Positions 50,205 to 62,338 of a DNA stretch of 64,000 bases are shown here, piece after piece. The notes beneath the pieces were generated by a model that did no database searches, was not told where the DNA came from, and saw nothing but the letters and a program-made list of their open reading frames with translations. The position numbers and the translations under genes are program-made. The DNA is from an uncultured Acidobacteriota bacterium (lineage in GTDB: Bacteria > Acidobacteriota > Vicinamibacteria > Marinacidobacterales > SMYC01), in contig CAWGBY010000021.1 in NCBI GenBank assembly GCA_963820855.1, forward strand, positions 5,354 through 69,353, given 5' to 3'. The stretch's first letter is position 1. Each line of letters starts with the position of its first letter.

Positions 50205-52374
50205 ATGCCTTCAAGCCGGATACGTCGTCTCTCGCGCAGGGAATTCATCCACACGAGCGCAGCCGGTGCCACCGCTCTGCTCGGGTCGGAAGCGATCCCG
50301 ACGAGCGAAGCTAGAAATGCCGAAGTGCGCGGCGCCTGCATGCACGATTGCCCGGATACCTGCTCCTGGATCGTCACGACGGAAAACGGCCGTGCGGTCG
50401 GATCTTCGGGGGGACGCCGACCATCCGCTGACCCGCGGCTCGCTCTGCGAAAAGATGGACGGCTTTCTCACCGACGTCCTGTACAACCCCGATCGGCTCG
50501 TGCATCCCCTGCGTCGAGTGGGTCCGAAGGGTGAGGCCCGGTTCGAGCGAGTCGGCTGGGACGAAGCGCTCGACGATGTCGCGTCACGGTTGAAGAGGAT
50601 CCTCGACGAACACGGAGGCACGGCAATCCTCCCGTACAGCTATATGGGAACCGAGGGGATCGTCCAGGGGAAGTCCCTGGATCGCCGCTTCTTCGCTCGT
50701 CTCGGGGCGACGCGGCTCGAACGAGACATTTGCGGCGCCACGGCGCACGCGGGCTTGACCGTAACCCTGGGCACCAGCACCGGGATCCTTCCTGAGGATA
50801 TCCAGAAGAGCCGCATCATTGTTATCTGGGGCTCGAATCCTGTCGTGACCAACCCCCACGGCTGGCCGCATGTCGAGGAGGCGCGGCGTCGAGGGGCGCG
50901 CCTCGTGGTCGTCGACCCGCTGAGAACTCCGACCGCCGAGAGAGCCGACTGGCACCTGCGGCCGCGCCCCGGAACCGACGCCGCACTCGCCCTCGGCCTG
51001 ATGCACGTGATCGTGCGAGAAGGGCTTCACGACAAGGAGTACATCGAGAAGTACACGATCGGTTTCGAGCGGCTCCAGGAACGGCTCCGGGACTATTCCC
51101 CCGAACGGGCCTCCGAGCTTACCGGGCTCCCGGCGCAAGAAATCATCGACCTCGCGAAAGCCTACGCGACGACGCGGCCCGCTCTGATCCGGACGCAGAT
51201 TGCCATGGAGAAACACTCGAACGGGGCGATGATGTATCGGAGCATCGCCTGTCTTCCGGCGCTCGTCGGTGCGTGGCGGGACGAAGGAGGCGGTCTCCTC
51301 CAGTTCACGGCGGGTTGGTTCCACGAGGCGATGGCTCTCGGCTCTCTGATGATGCCGGAGCTGGAGGATCCGAAGACGCGATCCGTGAACATGGTGCAGC
51401 TCGGAAACGCGCTCACCGATCAAGCGATGGATCCTCCCATCAAGGCGCTCATCGTCTACAACAGCAATCCGGGAACCATCGCGCAGAATCAGAACCTCGT
51501 TCGCCAGGGCTTGAAGCGGGAGGATCTGCTGACGGTCGTTCTCGATCACTTCGTGACGGACACCGCCCGCTTCGCAGACTATGTATTTCCCGCGGCGACA
51601 CAGGCGGAATATCTCGACCTGGTGACACCCTGGGGCAGCCCCTATCTGACTCTGAACCTGCCCGCCGTGGAGCCAGTCGGCGAAGCGCTTCCGAACACGG
51701 AGTTCTTTCGACGTCTGGCCCGCCGATTGGGACTCGACGAGCCGTACCTTCATGTCTCCGACGAGGAGCTCGTCGAGCAAGCTCTGAACAGTAGTCATCC
51801 CTACCTGAAGGGCATCACCTACCAGAGGCTTCGCCGGGAGGGATGGGCGCCTCTCGATTTGCCGCGGCCGTTTCTTCCGTTCGCCCAGGGCGGCTTTCCG
51901 ACTCCTTCGGGAAAATGCGAGCTCTATGCGGAGCGGCTCGAGGCCATCGGAATGGATCCGCTTCCGCGGTTCGACGAGCCCGGAGGCGATCCGTCCGACC
52001 GGAAACGATATCCGCTCACCTTCATGAGCATGAAGTCGAATCGCTATTTCCTGAACTCGAGCCACGCGAACCAACCCCGTCATCTCAGGGCCTCCGGAGA
52101 GCCCCGCCTGCAAATCCATCCCAAGGATGCCGCCGCGCGCGGCATCGAGGACGGTGACGAAGTGCGCGTCGAAAACGACCGAGGGTCTATCGAGATCAAG
52201 GCCTCGGTGAATGACGCCACCCTCGAAGGTGTGGTCACCATGCCGCACGGTTTCTGGGCCTCGCTCCTGCCCGGAGGCTCGTCGGCGAACGCTCTCACTC
52301 CCGACGGCCTGAGCGATCTGGGCGGCGGCGGCTCCTTCTACGACGCGAGGGTCGAGGTCGAGAAGACCGTCTGA
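50205..52374 (+). CDS. Tat-exported molybdopterin oxidoreductase (DMSO reductase superfamily); one frameshift near 50400
   Basis: MPSSRIRRLSRREFIHTSAAGATALLG, 4Fe-4S motif CMHDCPDTC..(C). It continues in ORF 49963..52374 (RGDADHPLTRGSLCEKM, IIVIWGSNP, C-terminal beta-barrel DGDEVRVEN). Confidence 0.85.
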
Positions 52375-52398
52375 GCTCCGTGGGGCCGGCCTTGCGAC

Positions 52399-52917
52399 TC
52401 AGGCGCGGCCGCAGCACTTCTTGTATTTCTTGCCGCTTCCGCACGGACAGGGATCGTTGCGGCCGATCTTGGGGCCCTCGTGCCGAACGGTCCGCGGACC
52501 GAGGACCCGTCCGTCCGAGAAGTACCAGATGCCGTCCCGCTTGACGAAAGTGCTGAGCTCGCGGTGCTCGTGCTCGACGCCGTCGGATCGATACCGGGCC
52601 TCGAACTCGACCGTGCCTTCGTCATCTTCGGGACCGCCGTTTTCCGTCGAATGGATCTGAAGACCCAGCCACTCGGAGCTCTCCGCCCACTTCCGAGCCT
52701 CTTCGGGATTTTGTTCCTCTCGGGTCTCCGGGTCGTGCGTGGCGGTCACGTAGTCGATGCGCGCGAGAGTAAAAGCCGTATAGCGGGAGCGCATCAACGC
52801 TTCGGCCGTGGGCGCGCTCTCGCCGCCCTCGATGAAGCGCCCGCAGCACTTCGAAAACGTCTCTTCCGATCCGCAGGGACAGGGCGTCATGATCTCGTCG
52901 TCCGCATGTTGCGCCAT
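52399..52917 (-). CDS. YchJ family protein with two SEC-C metal-binding motifs
   Basis: CPCGS..CC at the N-terminus and [17 protein letters not shown] at the C-terminus. Intact. Confidence 0.9.
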   Translation of the reverse strand: MAQHADDEIMTPCPCGSEETFSKCCGRFIEGGESAPTAEALMRSRYTAFTLARIDYVTATHDPETREEQNPEEARKWAESSEWLGLQIHSTENGGPEDDEGTVEFEARYRSDGVEHEHRELSTFVKRDGIWYFSDGRVLGPRTVRHEGPKIGRNDPCPCGSGKKYKKCCGRA

Positions 52918-53020
52918 GGGAACATGAATCGTCCCACGGGAACAAGCCTCCTCGCCTATTTGTTCTCGATCCCGCGCCGGACCACCTTCTTGGCGCCGGA
53001 ATCCTTAAGTTTCTGAGGCT

Positions 53021-54763
53021 CTAACCGAGCTCGGGATGGCGCTTATGATGCGACGTCTTCTCCTGATAGGCCTTCGCGAGCGCCAGGAGCTGGGATTCAC
53101 CGTACAGATTCCCCACCAGATGCATCGACGTCGGCATTCCCTTGTCGTTGAAGCCCGTGGGAACCGCGACGCCGGGATGGCCGGTCGAGTTCGCGGCGCG
53201 TAGATTCCGGTCTCCCTGGGGAGTGAAAAAGGGAGCCGCGTAGGCGTCTACTTTTTCGAAAACACGCGCCATTTCCTCCATCAGACGCATGCGGACCCGG
53301 CTCATCTGAAAGTACTCGACGCCAGGGACGAGACGATGGGCGCGAAGAAGCATCGCCTCGGGGTCTTCTCGATCCTGGATGAGAAGCTCGTCCCGGCCGC
53401 TTCGGGTGAGCTCGTCGAGGACGGCGCCTTCCTCCACGAGCAGCATCATGAGCGCCTCCATGTCGGCGAGGTCGGGGAGTGAGACCGGCACGAGCTCGAT
53501 GCCGAGAGAGCGCAGGTCAGCGAGCGCCCGGTCGTCGTTCTCCTTGGACGCGGCCTCGTTCGTCCGCTCCTCCGCGAAGGCCTCCGCGAGATAACCCACG
53601 CGGAGCTTCGTCACGTCGAGATCCGGATCCCAGTCGTAGGGTTTGTCGGCGAGCGACAGATCCCACCCGTCCGGACCCGCAATGCCGTTCAGCACCAGTG
53701 CACAGTCCTCGGCGCTCCGGCAGATGGGCCCGACCTTGTCGAGGCTCCACGCGGCTGGCATCACCCCATGCCGGCTCACGCGTCCGTACGTCGGACGAAG
53801 TCCCGTGACGCCGCAGGTGCGGGACGGCCCCAGGATGGATCCCAGTGTCTCGGTGCCGAGCGAGAAACCGACGAGGCCCGCTGCCGTTGCCGATCCCGGT
53901 CCGGCCGAGGAGCCGCCCGACCCTTCTTCGGGGTTCCACGGATTTCGCGTGCGGCCGCCGAACCAGCGATCGCCCCGCGCGAGCTCGCCCGTGCTGAGCT
54001 TCGCGACGAGCACGGCACCCGCCTCCTCGAGTCGGGTCACGACCGTCGCGTCCATGTCGATGACCTGATCGCGAAATGCTTCCGAGCCGCCGGTGGTCTT
54101 GTAACCGCGTTTGGCGATGAGGTCCTTGGCGCCCCAGGGGATCCCGTGGAGCGCTCCCCGATAACGACCCGCGGCGATCTCTTCGTCGGCGCGGCGCGCC
54201 TGCTCTAAAGCCAAATCCTCGGTGAGCGTGATGACGCAGTGGAGGCGCGGGTCGTAACGGTTCAGCCGTTCGAGATAGAGCGCCGTGAGCTCACGCGAGC
54301 TCACCTGGCGCGACTCGATGAGCGCGGCGAGTTGGGTAACCGGCCAGAAAGCGATCTCGTCGAGGTCGTTCGGCCGAGACACTCGCGGACCGGAGCTCTT
54401 GAGCAGAGACCTCCGGGGATTCACGGGAGACGTTCCCGGCACGACGGGGTTGAAGTAGAGCGGCGGCACGACGGTGAAGGGAAGCGAAACCGCGCGCGTC
54501 TTCTCGTAGTTGACGAGGTTCTTGTTCACGGTCGCGACCATTTCGCGCCGTTCCTCGGCGGTGAAATCGAGTCCCGCGACCCGCGCCGCATCGGCGAGCA
54601 TCATCTCGGTGACTTCGGATGCGCCGGATTCCTGAAACCGGGCCCAGAGCACTCCGGGCAGGAGACTCGAACCGGCAAACGCCGCCAGAAAACGCCGCCG
54701 CGCCGCTACGTCCGTCAAGAGAACACCTCCGTGCGGCGCCAGTGTACGCATTCGAGCGAACAA
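53021..54763 (-). CDS. amidase (amidase-signature family), Tat signal
   Basis: AARRRFLAAFAGSSLL. GGSSAGPGSATAAG signature. KDLI.. Lys. Intact. Confidence 0.88.
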   Translation of the reverse strand: MFARMRTLAPHGGVLLTDVAARRRFLAAFAGSSLLPGVLWARFQESGASEVTEMMLADAARVAGLDFTAEERREMVATVNKNLVNYEKTRAVSLPFTVVPPLYFNPVVPGTSPVNPRRSLLKSSGPRVSRPNDLDEIAFWPVTQLAALIESRQVSSRELTALYLERLNRYDPRLHCVITLTEDLALEQARRADEEIAAGRYRGALHGIPWGAKDLIAKRGYKTTGGSEAFRDQVIDMDATVVTRLEEAGAVLVAKLSTGELARGDRWFGGRTRNPWNPEEGSGGSSAGPGSATAAGLVGFSLGTETLGSILGPSRTCGVTGLRPTYGRVSRHGVMPAAWSLDKVGPICRSAEDCALVLNGIAGPDGWDLSLADKPYDWDPDLDVTKLRVGYLAEAFAEERTNEAASKENDDRALADLRSLGIELVPVSLPDLADMEALMMLLVEEGAVLDELTRSGRDELLIQDREDPEAMLLRAHRLVPGVEYFQMSRVRMRLMEEMARVFEKVDAYAAPFFTPQGDRNLRAANSTGHPGVAVPTGFNDKGMPTSMHLVGNLYGESQLLALAKAYQEKTSHHKRHPELG

Positions 54764-54794
54764 TGGGAACGACGAGCCTCGAGATCGGCTTCGA

Positions 54795-55942
54795 CTAGCG
54801 GGTCAGCAGCAACCGTTTGCCGATCAGCATCTCCGGCTCGGCATCCGGTTTCGGCACGAACTTGTCCACCCAGCCGCCGCTGTAGGACGCGACGTAGAGC
54901 GTTCCGTTCTCGTCCACGTCGAGCTGATGAGGAAGCGAGAGTCCCCCGGCCAGGTGTCTCGACCCATCGTGCCCGCCTGGGCGTAGGTGCCCCAGTGATA
55001 CAGGAGCGCACCGTCGCGGCTGTACTTCGAGACCCGGTTCAGGCTCGCGTCCAGCACCCAGACGGCATGCCGCTCGTCGACCCAGATCTCGACGGGGTCG
55101 AAGATGTCGGGCCATTCCTCGAGGAATTTTCCCTCGCGGGAGAAGACCTGGATGCGGCGGTTCTGGCGATCGCCGACGTAGATTCGATCTTCGTCGACGG
55201 CGAGACCGTGAAGGAGGTCGAACTCGCCCGGGCCGTCGCCGAGAGCGCCGAACTCCGACACGTGCTTGCCGTCCGCGGTGTAATGGATGATGCGCGAGTT
55301 CCAGTATCCGTCGGCCAGGAGAAAGCTCCCGTCGGGGAGAAACGCGAGCTTCGAGGGCCAACCATAGGTCGTCGGTGCTGGCTTCGGGTTCGCGCGGGCT
55401 TCCTCTCGCGTCTTGGGATGGTCCTTCTCTCCGAGCTGCATCACGACCGTCTTCCCGTCGTTCGAGAACTTCAAGACCTGCATGTGGCCTTCACCGCCGC
55501 CGCTGTCGATGACCCAGACGTGGCGGTCCGGGTCATAAGGGCTGATGTAAGCCTGGTGCGGAAGTGTCAGGATCGAGTCCCACTGGGTCCACTGCTCCAC
55601 GATGGTCCCGTTTCCGTCGGCGACGACGATGAAGTTCGTCCGCCGGAGCCGGTCCTCCCGAGGCTGCGATCGGTCTTTGGGCCAGTCTCCTCGAGTCACC
55701 ACGATGACGCGGTTTGGCGTATCGACCGCGACACCCGCTACCTGACCCCACGACCACTCTTCGTCGTGATTCGGCGCCGGCTTCCACCAGCCCTCGACGA
55801 CATCGTAGGGACCGGTCCGGTCGTCGCCGCCCTTCTTCGCGACGACGTCCGTGTCGGCGGGCGGCGCGGCGCGGTTCTCAGCGACACAGCCGGCGAGAGC
55901 CACGAGCGTGGATACCGCGAGCGCCAGAACGGTCCGTTTCAT
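54795..55942 (-). CDS. NHL-repeat beta-propeller lipoprotein; one frameshift near 54960
   Basis: MKRTVLALAVSTLVALAGC. Repeats such as DRIYVGDRQNRRIQVF and AVWVLDASLNRVSKY. Tail LYVASYSGGWVDKF from ORF 54795..55361. Confidence 0.8.
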
Positions 55943-57762
55943 TTCTTCTCCTCATGTCGCGAGTTCGGGGGCGCCCAGGGATCGCCGACGCCGGCTCCCT
56001 TGCAGAAGTCGCCGGTGTCGAGAAAGTGCGTGTGCAGGCACTCGAGCGTCGAGCCGAGATCCGTCAGGAGCGAGACCGTTTCGGGATACTCCACCCGCGT
56101 GAAGAAACCCGCGCGGCCGCCGCGCGCCATGTCCGCCGTCGACTGGCCCAGGCGCGTGATCGCTTTCACGTCCCCGCCTTTCGCGACGAGATATTGGATG
56201 AGCTCGTTGTCGCCCCGGGACGCCGCGTAGTGCAGCGGTCGATAGCCCCAGGAGTCGGAAAGGTTCACATCGGCTCCCTGCTCCTCGACGAGGTACTTCA
56301 CGGCGGGGAGGAACTGGTCAGGAACGTTCCGCACGCTGAAGGCGCCGAGACCGAGGTAGCCCCCGCCCGCTGCGGCGTGGATTGGATAGGCGTTCGGCGC
56401 GCCCTCCGGGATGAAAGGCAACGCGGAATCCTCCTGCTGCCGGCCGTCCTCCTGCCGGTGCTCTCTCATCCCGACTTCGGGCCACGTCGTCGGGAGGTTC
56501 GGATCCGCGCCGTGCGCCACGAGAAGCTTCATCGCGGGAAGGTCTTGTGCGAAGGCGGCCCGCCAGAACGGAGTTGCCCCCGTGAGGTCGATGCCCATCT
56601 TGTTGAGCCCGTACTCCCAGTACCACAAATGGGTTTTCAGCCGAACGTTCGGATCCGCGCCCGCGTCGAGAAGCGCCTTCAGAACGTCCAGGTAGCGGGA
56701 CGCCTGCTCGTCCTGCGCGCGCGGCTGAGGATAGTTCGATTTCGGGGCCCATTCCGTCTGGAGAACGGCGAAGAGCGGCGTCACCCCGTCGGTGTCCGCG
56801 GCGGCGTTGGGATCGGCGCCGCGCTCGAGGAGGAGCAACGCCAGATCGAACTGGCCGTTGAGAGCGGCGATCAGAAGCGGACTCGTTCCATCCGCGCTCA
56901 GCTGGTTGACGTTCGCATCTCCCTCGAGGAGTGCTTCCGCCGCCTCGATGTGACCTTCACGAGCCGCATGCAGGAGAGCCGTCATGCCTCCGGTTCTCCC
57001 GACGAGAACTTCGCGGAAGGGAGGACGCGCGACGTCGGGACCACCGGGATAGTCGGGCCTTACCCGTGCGAGCGAGTGCGCATTCGCATCGCCGACGTCG
57101 TAGTCCGACTGCAGGAACTCGCGCTGCGCTCGAATCGCCGCTTGCACCTCTTCCGGATCCGCCTCCGCGCGGCCCGCGTCGGTGTAAGGACCGTCATCAT
57201 CGAAATCCGCTCCGGGCTCGGCCTGGGCTTCCGCCTTTCCGGAGGTCGTCGCGCGAAAGCGGGCTTCCGCCTCCCGATCGAGAGCGAGGCTCCGGAGCAC
57301 GTCGACTTCTTTCGTGCGCAGCGCGGGATCCGCGCCGCCCTTCAGGAGCTCGCGGATCGCCGAAGCGCCGTTCGTTCCGGCCGCGAACATGAGGGGCGTC
57401 TGGCCCGCCGAGGTTTCGCGGGCATTCGGGTCGGCCCCGCGGGCGAGAAGCGCCGTGATGGCCTCCGCGGCTCCGGTCGAGGCGGCCGCGAGGTGCAAAG
57501 GGGTGACACCGCTCGTCGTGGTGACAGCGCGCGGATCGGCCCCGAAGTCGAGCAGCATCATTATTACCGGAACGTGTCCGCCTCGGCTGGCCAGATGGAG
57601 AGGGGTATAGCTGCCGATGCGGGTCTTCGATTCCACATCGGCGCCCTGCTCGAGAAGCGAGCGGACCGCTTCCGCATCTCCACGGAGCGCGGCATCGAGG
57701 ATCGGGGCTTCGGTCGAAGGAGACGCGGTGACGACGAGCGCGAGACTCAGAAGCAGGCTCAT
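55939..57762 (-). CDS. secreted ankyrin-repeat protein
   Basis: Many G.TPLH.AA..G......LL..GADPN repeats. Intact 607 aa. ATGA overlaps at both ends. Confidence 0.9.
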   Translation of the reverse strand: MSLLLSLALVVTASPSTEAPILDAALRGDAEAVRSLLEQGADVESKTRIGSYTPLHLASRGGHVPVIMMLLDFGADPRAVTTTSGVTPLHLAAASTGAAEAITALLARGADPNARETSAGQTPLMFAAGTNGASAIRELLKGGADPALRTKEVDVLRSLALDREAEARFRATTSGKAEAQAEPGADFDDDGPYTDAGRAEADPEEVQAAIRAQREFLQSDYDVGDANAHSLARVRPDYPGGPDVARPPFREVLVGRTGGMTALLHAAREGHIEAAEALLEGDANVNQLSADGTSPLLIAALNGQFDLALLLLERGADPNAAADTDGVTPLFAVLQTEWAPKSNYPQPRAQDEQASRYLDVLKALLDAGADPNVRLKTHLWYWEYGLNKMGIDLTGATPFWRAAFAQDLPAMKLLVAHGADPNLPTTWPEVGMREHRQEDGRQQEDSALPFIPEGAPNAYPIHAAAGGGYLGLGAFSVRNVPDQFLPAVKYLVEEQGADVNLSDSWGYRPLHYAASRGDNELIQYLVAKGGDVKAITRLGQSTADMARGGRAGFFTRVEYPETVSLLTDLGSTLECLHTHFLDTGDFCKGAGVGDPWAPPNSRHEEKK

Positions 57763-59159
57763 GCCATATGTCCCAAGGGGAACGCGCCCGTGCTGTCTCC
57801 GAACGCCGTCATCTCGTCGTGTCCGATCTTCTGCATCAGGCTGACGAACACGTTCGCCATCGGTGTCCCCTCCGGGGCTCGGAGATGGAGACCTCCCTCG
57901 AGAGCGCCGTTGGCACGGCCGAAGAGAAGGAGGGGCGCTCGGCGATGGTTGTGGAGGTTACCGTCGGCCATCGCCGATCCCCAGACGATCGCCGTCTTGT
58001 CCAGGAGCGACGCCTCGCCATCGACGGTGTCGCGCATTTTCGAAAGGAAGTAGTTGAGCTGGCTCAATCGGTACGTGTTGATCCTGTTGAAGTCGAGTAT
58101 GTCCGCGGGAACGTTTCCGTGGTGAGAGGCGCCATGGATTGACTTCGTGGTTCCGCTCTCGGGAAAAACGCGATTGGACTGATCGAACCCGGTCTTGAAG
58201 GTGATGACCCGCGTCAGGTCGCTTTGCAGCGCGAGCACTTGAAGGTCGAACATGAGCTGCATGTGCTCCGCGAACGATTCGGGAACGCCCGAGGGCGCCT
58301 CGGGCATCTGGCGCGCGTCGCCATCGGCGGCTCGCGCCTCGACGAGCTGAATGCGGCGCTCTAGCTCACGAATGTGCTCGGTGTACTCGTCCAAAGCCGC
58401 GCGGTCCGCGGCGGAGAGCGTGCGCTTCAGCCGCGAGAGCTCGGTCGATATCCAATCGATGAGGCTGCGGTCGGTGTCTCGCCGCGCCGCCCGTTCTTCC
58501 GGAGTGTCGCCCGCGCCGAAGAGGCGCTCGAAGACGACCCGGGGCTCTCGAATCGCCGGAAGTGGGCGGGTCGAAGAGGCCCACGCGAGAGACGTCGTAT
58601 AGACGCAGTGGTAGTTGTAGGCGCAGCCGCCCCCGCGGTCGATGCCCTCGATGCAGAGCTCCAGCGAGGGGAGAGCGGTATCACGCCCGAAGCGCTGCGC
58701 GTGAATCTGATCGATCGAGATTCCCAGCTCGACATCCGAGCCCTGGGTCTGTTTCGGATGGGCCTGAGTCAGGAAAACCGCCGTCGTCCGATCGTGGTCC
58801 CCTCCGATCTCCTCGGCGCGAAAGGCTTCCGCCGCTCGACAGTCCGTGTTGCTGACGATGGTCATGTACTCGCGGAAGGCTTCGAGCGGCTTCAACTCGC
58901 TCGCGGGACCGAATTCGAAGTCGCGGCCGAGACCGGCCGGAGCGAAGAGGTGCTGCGAGTCGCCCCAGTCGCTCGAGCCCGCGACTCCCATCGACTCCTC
59001 GATGCAGACGAGACGGGTGAAGCCCGTCGCGTCCCGCACGGTCTCCGCCCACGCCCGCCCCGCGGGAACCATGGCGTCGAGGAATGGCAACGCGACGCTC
59101 ACGCCCGCGCCGCGGAGGAAGGTGCGCCGCGAAAGATGCTTTCCGGTGATGACGGCCAT
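57759..59159 (-). CDS. DUF1552 domain protein, Tat signal
   Basis: LSRRTFLRGAGVSVALPFLDAM. HGASHH. NLHNHRRAPLLLFG. Intact. Confidence 0.88.
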   Translation of the reverse strand: MAVITGKHLSRRTFLRGAGVSVALPFLDAMVPAGRAWAETVRDATGFTRLVCIEESMGVAGSSDWGDSQHLFAPAGLGRDFEFGPASELKPLEAFREYMTIVSNTDCRAAEAFRAEEIGGDHDRTTAVFLTQAHPKQTQGSDVELGISIDQIHAQRFGRDTALPSLELCIEGIDRGGGCAYNYHCVYTTSLAWASSTRPLPAIREPRVVFERLFGAGDTPEERAARRDTDRSLIDWISTELSRLKRTLSAADRAALDEYTEHIRELERRIQLVEARAADGDARQMPEAPSGVPESFAEHMQLMFDLQVLALQSDLTRVITFKTGFDQSNRVFPESGTTKSIHGASHHGNVPADILDFNRINTYRLSQLNYFLSKMRDTVDGEASLLDKTAIVWGSAMADGNLHNHRRAPLLLFGRANGALEGGLHLRAPEGTPMANVFVSLMQKIGHDEMTAFGDSTGAFPLGHMA

Positions 59160-59163
59160 GACG

Positions 59164-61530
59164 CTACTCCTCCTCGTCGGTCTTCGCGCTCTGGCCCATC
59201 TGGAAGGGAGTGCTCTTCACGACGCCCAGGATGAAGGAAGACATGCGGTAATCGCTTGCTTCGGCTTCTCGCGCGATGGCCCGAACCGTGGGCTGGTCGA
59301 AGTATTCGATGCGCCGTCCGGTGGCGTATGCGAGGAGGTTTGCGGTGAAGTTCCGCACGAGCGGGATCGGCCGCTTCAGGAGCGCCTCGACGAGCTCGTC
59401 CGGCGCGCTCACGTCGGTGCCGTCGTAGAAGGTGCCGCGCGTATCGAGGGGTACTCCGTTCTCCCGAGTGCGCACGCGTCCGGTGACGTCGTAACCATCG
59501 AGCGCGAGCCCGATGGGATCCATGAAGCGATGGCACGAATGACATGTTGGATTCGCCCGGTGCATCTCGAGCCGCTCCCGGGTCGTAAGGCGTCGGCCTC
59601 CCGAAGCGCTCGCGGTGTCATCGAACGCGGGGATGTTGGGAGGCGGCGGTGGAGGGGGCGTTCCCATGAGCACCTCCATGACCCACTTCCCGCGCAGCAC
59701 CGGGGAGGTCCGGGCGGACATCGACGTCGAGAGGAGGACGCTCCCGTGTCCGAGCACACCGCGTCGAGTTCGATCGGGATACGAGACCCGGCGGAACCGG
59801 TCGCCCGAAATTCCCGGGATCCCGTAGTGGCGCGCCAGACGTTCATTGAGAAACGTGTAGTCCGCGGTCAGAAGCTCGAGGAAGCTCCGATCCTCACGTA
59901 CGAGATTGTCGAAGAAGAGCTCCGTCTCGCGCACGAGATCGAAGCGCAGCTGCCCGGTGAAGTCCGGATAGAGATAGGGCTCGGGCTGGTTGTCCTCCGC
60001 GTCCTGGAGGCGGAGCCACTGCGACGCGAAGCGCGCGGCGAGCGCGCGGGAGCGAGGGTCGGCGAGCATGCGTTCGACCTGCTGCGACAGGACTTCCGGA
60101 TTCGACAGCCGGCCCTCGGCAGCGGCCTCGAGGAGCGCGTCGTCCGGGCTCGTGTCCCAGAGGAAGAACGAGAGCCGGGAAGCGAGATCGAGATCGCTCA
60201 AACGATAGCTCTCCCCGGAGTGTTGGCCTTCGGGGGTCTCTTCCAGCCGAAAGAGGAAATGCGGGCTCGCCAGGATCGCCTGGAGCGCCGGTCCGTACGC
60301 CGGCCTCGAAGCCCTCGCTCGCGGCGCTTCGATCGTAGAAGGACATCGGCCCTTCGAGATCCTCGGCGGTGACCGGCCGCCGGTACGCCTCGCGCGCGAG
60401 CGCGCGAGAGGATGTCCTCGGCGCAGGATCGCTCCTCGTCCGATGACGCCGGGGTGCAGCGGAAGATCTTCTGGCGGCTCGACGTCATCGACACACCGAT
60501 GGGGTTGTCGGGCCCGGTAATCACGAGCTCGCTCAGGTGCGGGAGCGCTGTGATTCCGTAGTTCGCCCAGTCCTGCGAGTCCTCGCCCCCGACGAACGAC
60601 CAGGCATGCGGGCTCAACCGGTCGTCGTAAGGCCCTTCGATCGTTCGAACGAAGGCGGCGGCGATCCGGTGCTGGCCCGCGCGCACGAAGACAGGCTCGG
60701 TCTCGATCGGAACGCCCTTGGACCCGCCGTTTGGAAGTCCCAGCAGCGCGACGCCTTCGCCGTCGATCGAGATGTCGACATCCTCGAAGCCGGTGCCGTC
60801 GCCGAAAAGGGTCTCGATCGAGAAAACGTACTCACCGTCCGCCGGAAAGTCGTGGGTGACCACGAGCCCACCGCGCGTTCCGTAGGGCGCGCCCTCGATG
60901 TGATCCCACGCGTGCTGCGAGACCTCGATGGGATTCGTGTACTTGACGCTCGTCGATCGCGCCGCCGGATTGCCGACGGCGAGCCGGCTCACCTCGCTCG
61001 CGGCCCTCATGTAGGCTTCGAGGAGCGTCGCCGAGAGTCCCTGCGCCGCGGACATGTTGTCGAAGCTGCCGAGGTAGGTGTCGGGAGGAAGCCACCGGCT
61101 CGCATCGATGTCGAGCGCGAGAAGGTCTCGGACCACCCGTTCGTACTCGGCGCGGTTGAGTCTCTGAAATCGCCGAGCTCCGGGGGTGGGGTGTTTCGCC
61201 GCCGCCTGGTCCACGACGGTCTCGAGCGCCGCGACGAGCGCGAGAAGAGTTTCCGCAGGCGGACGCGGGACGTCGGGAGGGGGCATCATGCCGGCCCGGA
61301 GCTTGCCGATCATTTTCTCGGCGGTCTCGGCGCGCTCGAACGCGCGAGAGACATCGAAGGTCTCGAGCGAGAGGTTTCCCGAGAGCGTCGCGTCGTTGTG
61401 ACAGACGACGCAGGAATCCTCGACGACGCGATTGAGGTCTTCCGACGCCTCGCCCGGGAAGCGCCGCGGCGATCCCGAAGGCGAGCCAGAATCCAAGCCT
61501 TGCGGTGCGTGCGGGGGCGCGTGTTTTCAT
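59164..61530 (-). CDS. DUF1592/DUF1588/DUF1585/DUF1587/DUF1595-type protein with haem-c motifs; about 4 frameshifts
   Basis: ATG 61530 gives MKTRAPARTARLGFWLAFGIAAALPG. CVVCHN. Pieces in ORFs 60198..61496, 59894..60346 and 59164..60201 (LASRLSFFLWDTSPDD, CHSCH). Confidence 0.85.
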
Positions 61531-61660
61531 TCGAGCTCTGGCGGCCCGGACCCGGCGATCATCGCAGAGCCGGACAACCCGTGGCAAGTGGAAGGGCTAT
61601 GCAGCTCGACGCCGTCACCACGCGCGGGGCACGCGCTGGAATCTCCTTTTCTCCTTCGGT

Positions 61661-62338
61661 CTATTTCACTTCAGTGATGAACGTTCCACTCTGAACCACG
61701 CTTCCATCGGGGAGCGTCGCTTCGACCTGCCAGAGAACCTTCGCGCCCGCGAGGAAGCTCTTCCAATCGTCTCCGCGGGAACCACGTACTCCGGCGACGA
61801 GAGATCCGAAGCGGTGTCGAGGATGCGAAGGTCCTCGGTCGTCACCCGGATGTCGAATCGCGCGCCCTCCGGGGGCCTGCCATCTCAGCCGGAAATCGTT
61901 CCGCGGCAGGCTCTCCTCGGCGCCGGTGAGCGGGACGACGACCCCCCCTCGATAGACGGGCTCGTCCGGCGGAGTCCTCTGCGACACGAGGACACCGAGC
62001 AGGCCAACGACCAGTACCGCGGCCGCGGCCAGAACGTAGGGCGACCACGAAAGAGTGCACTCGCAGGCCCGCCGGCTTTCCCCGCGGGCCTCCGGGACTG
62101 GGCTCGAAATCGAGCCGCCCGACGCCTCGAAGAGCTCGGTCGCCAGACGCCACGCTTCGGCGTAACCCGGCTCGAGAGCCACTTTGTCGATGACCTCGAG
62201 CCGCTCTTCCGGGCTGAGCTCGCCGGCGACCGCTTGCCAGACCTTCAGCGTATCCACGTCTCCCTCACCCACACCCTCGGACTCGGAAAGCGCGCGAAAC
62301 GCCTCCCGCAGCCGGGCTTCGTCCCATTCCCGTCTCAT
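61661..62338 (-). CDS. anti-sigma factor-like single-pass membrane protein; two compensating frameshifts (about 61860 and 61775)
   Basis: ATG 62338 overlaps the ECF sigma stop (ATGA). MRREWDEARLREAFRAL.., TM SPYVLAAAAVLVVGLLGVLV. The extracytoplasmic domain reads better as ..WQAPEGARFDIRVTTEDLRILDTASDLSSPEYVVPAE.. in an alternative frame. Confidence 0.7.
   Translation of the reverse strand: MRREWDEARLREAFRALSESEGVGEGDVDTLKVWQAVAGELSPEERLEVIDKVALEPGYAEAWRLATELFEASGGSISSPVPEARGESRRACECTLSWSPYVLAAAAVLVVGLLGVLVSQRTPPDEPVYRGGVVVPLTGAEESLPRNDFRLRWQAPGGRAIRHPGDDRGPSHPRHRFGSLVAGVRGSRGDDWKSFLAGAKVLWQVEATLPDGSVVQSGTFITEVK

Noticed and set aside
61531-61660. ECF-type promoter (GGAAC-N16-CGT-like) between the anti-sigma and DUF1592 genes
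   Set aside because: I could not find a convincing -35/-10 pair by eye on the minus strand. The ECF group-specific motif is needed before calling one.
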